A model generated the notes under the pieces. The model saw only the letters and a list, made by a program, of their open reading frames with translations. It was not told where the DNA came from and made no database searches. Of a stretch of DNA of 64,000 bases, positions 54,700 to 64,000 are shown piece by piece; position 1 is the stretch's first letter; each line of letters starts with the position of its first letter. The stretch lies in the NCBI RefSeq assembly GCF_001194135.2, contig NC_068989.1, positions 41,257,421 to 41,321,420 of the forward strand, written 5' to 3'. Position numbers and translations under genes: made by a program. The DNA is from Octopus bimaculoides. Lineage: Eukaryota.

Positions 54700-55040
54700 A
54701 TTCACCAACGGGCTCTTGTTTTAGAGAAGTTTGATGAAAACAGTTTTCTTGTTCTAGATATCAGCAAACCTACGACCATGTCTGGCATTCAAATCTCCTA
54801 TGGGCTCTACCCATTTCCCATCTATTGGATTACTAGCTTTCTATCAAACCACTCTACTAAAGTATGTGTTCATGAAGTTCTTTCTGTCCTGCTTTTAACC
54901 AACTCTAGAGTGTCCCAAGGTTTGGTTCTGTTCTCAATTCTTTTCTTTCAATGCTTTGATGACCTACTTGCAACCACATCCAACAACACCTACCTACACT
55001 CATGACCCTTCATTCCTCTCCAACTTTCCACAACCATGCA
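54700..55040 (+). mobile_element. Degraded CR1/L2/Jockey-type RT fragment
   Basis: LDISK.., WITSFLSN, SRVSQGLVLFSILF..DDL match RT domains 3-5. Confidence 0.7.
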
Positions 55041-55674
55041 TCACCCCTGCTCAACCTACACACCACATGCCAAGCTTGCACTGATTTTATAAATGGAGAC
55101 CTTGAGAACATCCTTCATTGGGGCCATATCATTGTTGTTCGACCATGAAGATTCAGCTTAATAACTGAATTCACATACTCCTGAATAAAGGTGTAAGTGG
55201 CTAACATTTCACCAAGATGCCATACAGTGAGATCAAACCCAGGAACTCATAGTTGCAAAGCTAACTTCTTGACCATACTGCACCTACTCTTAGTCTTATA
55301 GTTGACTAGCTTAAAAGCCAATTTCCATGTGGACAGCAATAATAATAAAGCATTTATTGGTATCCTACCAATATGATATTACTTTAAAATCAGTTTAAAT
55401 GAAAAACCTGTAAGGTCACAAATTTTTGGAGTTCTTTTAACGTTTGAATTTTCAATTGTTGGCATATAACAAATCCTCATCCAGACCTGATCCCAATGCT
55501 GGATGTTCAAGAACCAAATGAAGGGCAGATTTTCAATCCAGGGATCATCCTGAATCCCAAAACATAATATGCATATGTGAAGCAAATTTAGACTGAGATA
55601 CAGGAGTCTTGGATAGATGGACAGACAGAATTTCACATTTATTATTATAGAAGATTAAAACTATATATTATCAT

Positions 55675-55765
55675 ACCAGTAAATCAGCACCAGTACCAGT
55701 AAATCAGCACCAGTACCAGTAAATCAGCACCAGTACCAGTAAATCAGCACCAGTACCAGTAAATC
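55675..55765. repeat. 20-bp tandem repeat (AAATCAGCACCAGTACCAGT) x4+ abutting an RTE tail
   Basis: Four exact units. Confidence 0.95.
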
Positions 55766-56605
55766 ACTAAGAGCACCGTCCGAGTGTGATCGTTGCCAGA
55801 GCACCAGCTGTCTAGCTTTCGTGCCGGTGGCACATAAATAGCACCATTTGAACGTGACCGTTACCAACGTCGCCTTCCTGGCACTTGTGCCAGTGGCACG
55901 TGAAAAGACATTCGAGCGAGTTCGTTGCTAGTACCACTGGACTGGCTCCTGTGCAGGTGGCATGTAAAATACACCATTTCGAGCATGGCCGTTGCCAGTA
56001 CCTCCTGACTGGCCTTCGTGCCGGTGGCATGTAAAAGCACCCACTACACTCTCAGAGTGGTTGGCGTTACGAAGGGCATCCAGCTGTAGAAACTCTGCCA
56101 AATCACATTGGAGCCTGGTTCAGCCATCTGGTTCACCAGTCCTCAGTCAAATCGTCCAACCCATGCTAGCATGAACAGCGGACGTTAAACGAACGATTCA
56201 GATCTTGTTAAAGCAATTGTGTTGTTGTGTGGAAAAAAGTATTTAACATACTACATTCTCTAAGTTTTCTGGTTGAACAAAAATTAGGCTCCATTTGTTA
56301 CTGCATGGTTAAGAAGTTAGCAATAAAAATGTAAAATTTATTGCTTTCACAAGTAAACTATCCCACACATTGAATAATGAATGGATAACTGCAAAATGAA
56401 ACAGTACCACATATTTGACAATGAATGGATGGCTGCAAAAATTAAACTGTCCCATATATTGAGCAATGGAGGGATAAGATGAATGGTAGGATGGTGATAA
56501 AATTTAATCTAAGCAAAAAATAGAATGGAAGACACAAGTATTGTGAGTTTATTGAGTGAGAGTGAGAAACTGACAGATGCATGGCCAACAATATCAAACT
56601 ATTAC

Positions 56606-56648
56606 TCCTTTAATATGTTAATGTTCATATTGACAAGGACTGTTCTAT
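56606..56648 (-). CDS. Alternative candidate exon bridging the SAM middle (DRTVLVNMNINILK), phase 1->2
   Basis: Acceptor tattttttcacatcactatacag, donor GA|GTAATA; LxxMxxxxLK register resembles SAM helix 3-4. Confidence 0.3.
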
Positions 56649-56994
56649 CTGTATAGTGATGTGAAAAAATACACTGCTGTAAAACTATGAAATAAGCAAA
56701 GGTGAAGAAAAACATACACACACATTCGTGCTCACACAGCAGATTGGCAGAGTTGTTGGGGTTTTGGATGAAATGACTTGCAATATTTGTTCCAACTCTC
56801 TATGTTCTGTGTTCAATTCTCACCATATTCACTCTGCCTTTCATTCTTTTAGAGTTAATAAAACAAAATATGCCAACCCAGGGTGGTGAATTGGTATATT
56901 GTCAGGACATACACTGTGGTATATGTCCTGAGATTTTGCATCCTGCGTTCAATTCATCTCAAGGCTTACTTATTACTTTACTTAACGCTAACAC

Positions 56995-57110
56995 CTAGCA
57001 CTTTGGGTATCTTTGGAAGAGACTACTCTGTTGCAAGCATTCAGACTAGGTCTCTGTTTTGAAAATACGTTCTTCATTCTCTCCCAACAGTCTTCAAAGT
57101 GCCTTCCTTC
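56995..57110 (-). CDS. Candidate exon (EGRHFEDCWERMKNVFSKQRPSLNACNRVVSSKDTQSA), phase 0->2
   Basis: Strong acceptor ctttttttattcctcttttagtcag, open 116 nt, weaker donor AG|GTGTTA. Confidence 0.45.
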
Positions 57111-57281
57111 CTGACTAAAAGAGGAATAAAAAAAAGTCTTACACAGACATATCCACATAAAGAAAAGAACATCCACCACACACACATACAAAAAACACAC
57201 AAAAATACACCATACACATGTACACACACATACACACACATAAACGCACACACACACACACACATCAACATTTTAACATAC

Positions 57282-57313
57282 ACTTCTTCTCTCATGAAGA
57301 TTCATGTGCGTTT
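57282..57313 (-). CDS. Candidate 32-nt exon (ETHMNLHERRS), phase 1->0; would need a 36-nt upstream intron
   Basis: Acceptor ctttactgcttctag, donor GTATGT, phase-compatible, but the intron is implausibly short. Confidence 0.3.
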
Positions 57314-57349
57314 CTAGAAGCAGTAAAGATGAAACAATAAAGAACTAAC

Positions 57350-57431
57350 CATTAAATATCACAGCAAACTGTTTTGCCAAGCCCTGTTGGTCTAGCCATC
57401 GAACTACATCAGCTGTGCTCCATTTTTTTAA
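57350..57431 (-). CDS. Coding exon, N-terminal half of SAM domain (LKKWSTADVVRWLDQQGLAKQFAVIFN), phase 0->1
   Basis: Acceptor gtttttgtgtattttcag, donor G|GTTAGT; W-S-x-x-D-V-x-x-W-L...G-L..F pattern of SAM helices 1-2. Confidence 0.85.
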
Positions 57432-57864
57432 CTGAAAATACACAAAAACAATCAAAGGAAAAAATTAAGGGTAAGTATTTATTTGATCACAAAACTTTCT
57501 ATAAATATATCTTGTAAGTATTTGAAGATATTCAAAAATTGTTAGTAATGATTAACAAAACATTATTATTATTTTGAGATACAATCATGTAGCTACAGTG
57601 TGCACTGCCTATGGTGGCCCTTCACTTTGCTGCCCCTGGACTCCTACAAAAAATACATATTGTACAGTAATTATATGGATTGTTGCATTTAACACTGAGT
57701 AGCGTCTGTGTCCTGACAATAAAACCACTATTATCTGATTTCAATACAGCTTATACAGGCTTATAGCCTACAACAGACTGAAAAGTGGTGCCACTCTCAT
57801 AAAAGTGTCACCCGGTGTGGACCTCCTCCTCTGTGCCCCTCTAGCTATGCTAATGAATACAATA

Positions 57865-58070
57865 TGGCGGCAAGCTGGCAGAATTGTTAGCATGCCAGCC
57901 AAAATGCTTGACACATTTGATCTGTTTTTATGTTCTGAGTTCAAATTTTGCCAAGGTCGACTTTGCCTTTCATCCTTTTAGGGTTGATAAGATTAGTAAC
58001 TGTGGCTGATGTAACTCACTTACTCCCTGACCCGAAATTACTGGCCTTGTGCCAAAATTTGAAACCATTG
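57865..58070 (+). mobile_element. Family-A SINE; other copies 70-285(-), 26565-26715(-), 27670-27860(-), 32385-32820(+), 37385-37485(+), 41503-41790(+), 42050-42180(+), 56745-56880(+), 63610-63706(-)
   Basis: GGCGGCAAGCTGGCAGAATTGTTAGC head, B-box-like GAGTTCAAATT. Confidence 0.85.
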
Positions 58071-58141
58071 GTTTGAGATGCAATAGAGTAACAAAAACAC
58101 AATTTGATCTTTGATGGGCTATGATAGGTACATTGCTATTT

Positions 58142-58516
58142 CAGGGATTCTCAATCATTTTTTTGCCTATGGACCCCTTCAATTACTATTTTATTCTGGT
58201 GGACCCCCATAGCCATTCTATGTTTAATAGCTAGTTTTATAAATACTTCTTTCAAAATTCCTTAATTTTTTCCGCAATAGCCACCACTGTCTGAGAGAAC
58301 AGGTTTCAGTGGACAGATACATGTTGAATTATGTAAAACGTTACAGAAAGAAACCTAACTGGTTCTTGCAATACATAGATACGTCTAACACAAAATCTTT
58401 TCATGGATGCTTAAAATATTACTTCAGAGCCCCAATTTACTATTTTGCTTGTGTGGACTGCCAAAAATCTTATGCAGACCCCCAGGGATCATACAGATCC
58501 CTGTTGAGAATCATTG
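58142..58516. mobile_element. hAT-type MITE
   Basis: CAGGGATTCTCAA / TTGAGAATCATTG ends; 8-bp TSD TGCTATTT/TGTTATTT. Confidence 0.75.
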
Positions 58517-58519
58517 TGT

Positions 58520-59390
58520 TATTTGATTCTAAACAAATATGCAAGAATTCACAATTGTTCTGGGTACTTGGTAGCCTTCAGCAGTGCTTCTCAGAAGAGG
58601 AGTTTTGTGAAAAACAAATAAGAGAGGCCTCAATGATGAGTGTTTGTGTGGGGAACAAATCACTTGGTTTGGACAGTCTTCTCTACAAACCTTATTGAAA
58701 AATGCCAGAATTCTTTGCCCATCTTTTTGACAAGTGTCTATTACAACTGTGAACATGTCCTGCTGTACAAGCTGGGGAATGGTAGCGCTGAGAAAGATGT
58801 AAGCAAATGGGACATCATTGCCAGTTTCTGGTCTATAACTCTTCTGATCACAGACTTCAAAGTTTGGAGCTGAGGTACTCTTTAAGAAGTTAGTGCTTAT
58901 TGTTAGTGTCATCAGTAATATAGTCAATCTAACCATGAGTACCTCCACCTTATATGATATCTCATAGATGGGTGGATGATAAACCTGATTTTGGTGAGGC
59001 TCACATCCATTTGGAACCATTCAAAGCTTTCAGTAAGAGAGACTGTTAGTCTGTCTTATTGATGGCAGTCCTAAATGGAATAGATTTCAGTCCAGTTTGT
59101 AGACGCTGGACTGATACAGATTACTGCAGTATCAGCACAGTGATCAGTCTAAATAAACCCAATCAAAATCATTTCAAATCATTTGCTTGGTCTATCAAGG
59201 ATGTCCTCTCACACTGCTCTTCTATAAATGTGTTGCTGAATTGCTGCCATAGAAGCAAAAGTTACTGAGGGACATTTTGTTCAAACTTGAATGCAGAACA
59301 GCCATTCTGACATACATGTATGGTATCACAGTCATAGACTCGATAGTTCTGGATAATAGATACAGTATATTTCAACCAAAGATATAATGG
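58520..59390 (-). mobile_element. Highly degraded RTE-like RT remnant
   Basis: Weak colinear RT-like motifs across frames (DYITDD; FAYIFLSATI; RILAFFNK). Confidence 0.35.
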
Positions 59391-60540
59391 TCAGAATGAA
59401 AATGCTTTTTGAGAACAGATCTGTTGGGTCAGAGCTGACCTAGGGTTAAACAGCAACAACAACAACAACAACAATGGCAATATGTCGTGCTTGAGTAGAA
59501 GACTCATCAAGCCAAGTGGAACCGTAGTAGTGGCAGATATCGGTGTCACACAACTGGTACCCATGCCAGTGGCATGTAAAAGCACTCATTACACTCTCAG
59601 AGTGGTTGGCATTAGGAAAGGCATCCAGCCACAGAAACTATGTCAAATCAGCCCTCAGCTTACCAGTCCTGGTTAAACCATCCAACCCAAGCCAGTATGG
59701 ACAACAGACATTAAGTGATGATGATGATGATGATGATGATGATGACAATGAACAACAACACTTCTTCAACCAATTATCTTATGTAATAGAGGCAGTAGAT
59801 TTCACTAGGTGAAGAGAAATAATAGATCTGAGGATAATGAGAAAATTGGTTTTCAAAAAAAATCCCAATTGAGCAAATATACCATTGAAGGCATTTTAAC
59901 TGTAACCATTCCAGCTTTTTTATAGAGATATTTCTACAACACCATTACTATAAAGGCATGTGGAGTGGTGGTTACGGTGTTGGGCTCATGAATATAATAA
60001 GGTCATAGGTTCAAATCCTGGATCAGGCAGTACTCTTTGTCATTGAACAAGACACATCATTTCACACTGATCCAGTTAGTTCAGCTGAAAATGAGTACCA
60101 ACTGAATGCTGGTGTAGCCCTCTCTCGCTCCAGCTTTCACATCATGGATATTCCATTGGGTCAAGGGTAAGAGAACCAAGCTAATATCTGTGTATACGCA
60201 TAACTACATAAGCATTCAAAACAATTAGTGAAAGCATGATACAAAACTACTAAGTCACATTCACTTGCACATGCTACATTATCCAGTGTTTAAGATAGTA
60301 AAATATGATTTATGGGGGCTTTGGCTGCTATTAGGATCATTCATTACTGTTGGCATGAAGGGATGGATGGCTACCTCTCAGATTTACTTTTTTAAAGTGT
60401 TATTCTTTTGATCATTTTTGTAAAATTTTAATAAATCTTTCTAGCATTATGGTTCTAAATATTTAATGTATTTTTTTTTAATGACAAAATTTCATTTTTA
60501 TTTAAAAAAAAAAGAAGAATGAGATATGAGGAATGATTAC

Positions 60541-60596
60541 CTCTTGTGGTAAACTTTTATAATTTTCATTTAAGAATTGAACAGGTACATCGGAAG
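60541..60596 (-). CDS. Coding exon, phase 1->0 (SDVPVQFLNENYKSLPQE)
   Basis: Acceptor gtttttgtgttctttcag, donor GAG|GTAATC; joins in frame to give ...LPQE-LKKWSTADVV, a typical SAM lead-in. Confidence 0.8.
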
Positions 60597-60874
60597 CTGA
60601 AAGAACACAAAAACATATATCAATATATACATACACATAGAAGGAAAGAACTTTAACCCTTTTAATTATAACACATCTAAGAAATATAAGAAAAAAGTAT
60701 ATATCTCCCTATACTTTTTACTTATATTTCATATTTTTTATATATTTTTTTACATATTTATAGAGATATTGTTTTATTGCTCATATATTTTTTACACATA
60801 TCTTTTCTACTTTCCACCCTGCATTTTTCCTGTGTGTATATAAACGTGTATATGGAATCTTCATTGTGATTAAA

Positions 60875-61457
60875 ATGGCACCAAAAGGAAAAGAATTGTC
60901 TGAAGATTTGAAGAAAATTATTTTTAATTTGCACAAGAATCGTTTAGAATACAAGTTAATTTTAAAACGAATACATATTAGTGTAAACATAGTTGCCAAA
61001 GTAATTCAGAAGTACAAAGCTACTGGACAGCTAAGCAATAAATATCTGCGTGGTGTTTTGAAAAGGAACATTGAGGAGAAAAAGCCCCGCAATGTAACAC
61101 AGTTGAAAGACATCATTCAGGATGAATGGAGTTTGATTTCATTGATTATATATGGAAATTTAGTGAACTCTATGCCCAGAAGACTTAATGCAGTCATTGA
61201 AAGCAAGGACTGTCACACCAAATACTGAATATAGCAAATAATCCTTTGGGGTGTATATATTTTTGTATCATTTGAAAATTAATATTTTGTGCATATCTTT
61301 GAAAATGTTTATTGCTTTGTGTTCCAAATTTGTATAACAATTGCGTGTATATATTTTATTCAGTATAAATTTCATTTGATTTCCTTTGATATTATCAGAG
61401 TTATGGCAATTTTACTAAAACTTTTTAGGGATATACATACTTCTGTGAGATACTGTA
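60875..61457 (+). mobile_element. Internally deleted Tc1-like element; 117-aa in-frame N-term/C-term fusion ORF 60875-61228
   Basis: MAPKGKELSEDLK.. HTH joined to ..NLVNSMPRRLNAVIESK..TKY*; right TIR revcomp TACAGTATCTCACAGAAG; left TIR not recognised. Confidence 0.85.
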
Positions 61458-61728
61458 TATATANNNNNNNNNNNNNNNNNNNNNNNNNNNNNNNNNNNNN
61501 NNNNNNNNNNNNNNNNNNNNNNNNNNNNNNNNNNNNNNNNNNNNNNNNNNATATATATAGATGAGAGACAGATAGAATATAGAATACACTTCATAGTGCT
61601 CAAGGGATTTAAACTTGAGCAGGTAACTCCTATACATATAGTTCAAATTTACAGAAAAACAAAAGACAGACAGGTGAAGGAACTATAACCAGGAGTATTA
61701 GTTTAAGGCTCAGGAAGAATGGAAAAAT

Positions 61729-61764
61729 CTTTGATATTTTGAGCCTACACTCTTTGACAGAAAG
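61729..61764 (-). ncRNA. Decayed minimal hammerhead ribozyme remnant (Penelope-type), likely inactive
   Basis: CTTT-CTGTCAA-A-GAGT-GTAG-GCTC-AAAA-T-ATC-AAAG: stems I and II retained, core mutated. Confidence 0.45.
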
Positions 61765-61825
61765 GATTGAGAGGAAAAAATGGAGAGAAAAAATATGCAG
61801 GGATTAACAGTTCAACATGATATAT

Positions 61826-61936
<111 letters not shown>

Positions 61937-62811
61937 TGCAGAGAGAAGGAGAGAGTGAGAGACAGCTAAGATATGACATGATTTATTTCATCATTACATA
62001 TCTTTCAAGACCACACAGTTGCAAGGTAAACTTCTTAACCACACACCATGCTTTGGCTGTGTTCTACTGTTGCCACAAATGCACACACACTCACTACATG
62101 CACAAATATTACTTTCTCCATTAACACATCCCCTATCATTTATTAATATGTATCACTCACTCTTACCATTACCCAGCTCTATTGCTATCCATTTCTCTCT
62201 CTTCACACATTAATCTTTTTTATATCCCCCTTTCCCCTTTCCCCCTCTCTCTCTTTTTCTCTTTTCCCATCATGGTGCCACTTGTACTGTTTTTATTCAA
62301 TATCATTACCAACAATCCTCATGTAGTAGTTTCCCATTTTCTTTCCTTCATTACTCTCAATCCTCCCAGCTAGAGAAGATAAAACTCTCCGGAGCTGGTG
62401 AACAAACAAATGTATGGAGGTAATGTAGGGTAGTGAGGACTCTTCAGTTTTGCTGGGGACATAATTTTACCGTGATGCACCTCAATAAAATGTGGCTAGT
62501 GCACTCTTATACACTCTGTAAAATGATTAACAATAGGGAAGACGTCCAGCCACAGAAACTATGTTGATAATGGAACATACAAGTGAGACATGGAATTTGA
62601 TCCATCTAGTAGAACAGCAAATCTGAAAGAGAACTGACTTGACCTGTGATGAATCATCCAACCCATCCCAGCATGAAAAGGCAAATGTAAAACAATGATG
62701 ATCACACACACAAGTACACACACACACACACGTGTGCACATGCACACACATACAACAGGTCTCTGTACAGTTTCCATCGATCCAAACAAGACACTGGCCA
62801 ATGCATGGTGC

Positions 62812-62886
<75 letters not shown>

Positions 62887-63144
62887 ATGTATAAAATAAA
62901 ATTATAGGATCACAAGATGAACTTTTTAACCACTTGGTTATGGCTATAGCTCTGCTATTGATGAATGAATGAATGAATGAATGGATGGATGGATGGATGA
63001 ATGGATGGACACATGGATGGATGGATGGACGGACAAATAGATGGATAGTTAGATGAACAGCTGGATAGATGGACAGAGGAGTGGATAGTTGGATAAACAG
63101 ATGAATAAATGGATGGACAGTTAAATGGATGTGTGTGAGTGTGT

Positions 63145-63190
<46 letters not shown>

Positions 63191-63253
63191 TGTGTGTGTG
63201 TAAAAACAAATGTTTTCTATATACTTAACTAACAAAAATAGTAAGAAACGTAC

Positions 63254-63417
63254 CAGTAGATGGATGGGCAAAAGACTGGCTTCCATAGTTAGAGGGTTCA
63301 TCCAGTACACTGGAGACTGTTTTCAGGGTTAGCTTCTTTTTGGGTGTGTATCCTTGTTGTTCCCATCGTTGCATCGGGGTAAACAACTGCTTACTCACAA
63401 AGACAGGGGCCAATATA
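63254..63417 (-). CDS. Internal coding exon (most 5' exon in window) of a SAM-PDZ protein gene; phase 2->1
   Basis: Acceptor cttctttttgtcttccag, donor G|GTACGT; 164 nt open (ILAPVFVSKQ...SFAHPST); phase matches exon 60596-60541. Confidence 0.75.
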
Positions 63418-63571
63418 CTGGAAGACAAAAAGAAGACATGTAAACATCTCAAGGTTACTTCAAACGAGATTATAAGTATTTCTAACAAGTAGATAGAAAG
63501 ATAGTCTATACTAAAATATAAAATTAATAAAAAAGGTAATAATAATGCTAAGGAAAAAAAAATTAAATAAA

Positions 63572-63610
<39 letters not shown>

Positions 63611-63707
63611 CCTTTCTACTAAAGGCACAAGGCCTGAAATGTCAGGGGTGGGGACTAGTCAATTACACTGATCTCAGTGTTAATGATGCTGCCAGCTCAC
63701 CACCTTG

Positions 63708-63763
<56 letters not shown>

Positions 63764-63764
63764 G

Positions 63765-64000
63765 GATGACCTAAAATTATACGCTAAAAATGACAAAGAG
63801 CTGGAAACACTACTACAGACAGTACATGGCTTTACCAAGGAAATAGATATGAAATTCGGATTAGAAAAATGTGCCAGAGCAACCCTGAAAAGAGGAAAAT
63901 TAGTTAAAAGTAGCAACATCACACTAGATAAAGCCAATGAAATAAGAGAATTAGACGAAAGCCAGCCATACAAATATTTAGGAGTCAATGAACTAGATAG
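63765..64000 (+). mobile_element. 5'-truncated R4/Dong-like LINE RT fragment in an (AAT)n tract; runs off window
   Basis: DDLKLYAKNDKELETLL…MKFGLEKC…RGK…YKYLG; Dong elements are known TAA-repeat targeters. Confidence 0.85.

Noticed and set aside
56350-56470. Exon candidates with ttttgcag acceptors
   Set aside because: They belong to a degenerate ~45-bp tandem repeat
58529-59020. 163-aa ORF as a cellular gene (GPCR/transporter)
   Set aside because: No splice-consistent link or transmembrane pattern; better explained as a degraded RT remnant

Overview
AT-rich, repeat-saturated animal genomic DNA from a gapped draft scaffold. Its SINE/MITE/LINE families and microsatellite load resemble an Octopus-type cephalopod genome (inference, not a database result). 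One large multi-exon protein-coding gene runs on the minus strand across most of the window, with its 5' end outside. I reconstructed a mostly phase-consistent exon chain by hand: 63417-63254, 60596-60541, 57431-57350, [unresolved SAM middle], 54206-54193, 36245-35903, 27383-27329, 24655-24477, 24066-23917, 23118-23073, 19693-19648, 15728-15673, possibly ending at 14474-14404. It encodes a SAM domain, a Ser-rich linker, a PDZ domain and a probable coiled coil; I cannot name the gene. Introns hold several tRNA-derived SINE families, RTE, HERO(R2-like), R4/Dong, CR1/L2-like and Penelope retroelement remnants, mariner/Tc1/Tigger remnants, and hAT- and piggyBac-type MITEs. The best oddities are: (i) a 213-bp copy of the 3' end of a PDZ exon plus its donor, inserted 3 kb away between 113-bp inverted arms and hairpins, creating a potential poison exon; (ii) a candidate 14-nt microexon present twice with intact AG/GT; (iii) a SAM domain whose middle needs either a 36-nt intron or another small exon; (iv) several long fold-backs, including a perfect 60-bp stem; (v) a decayed hammerhead ribozyme. 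No prokaryotic-type system, CRISPR array, rRNA or real tRNA gene is supported.
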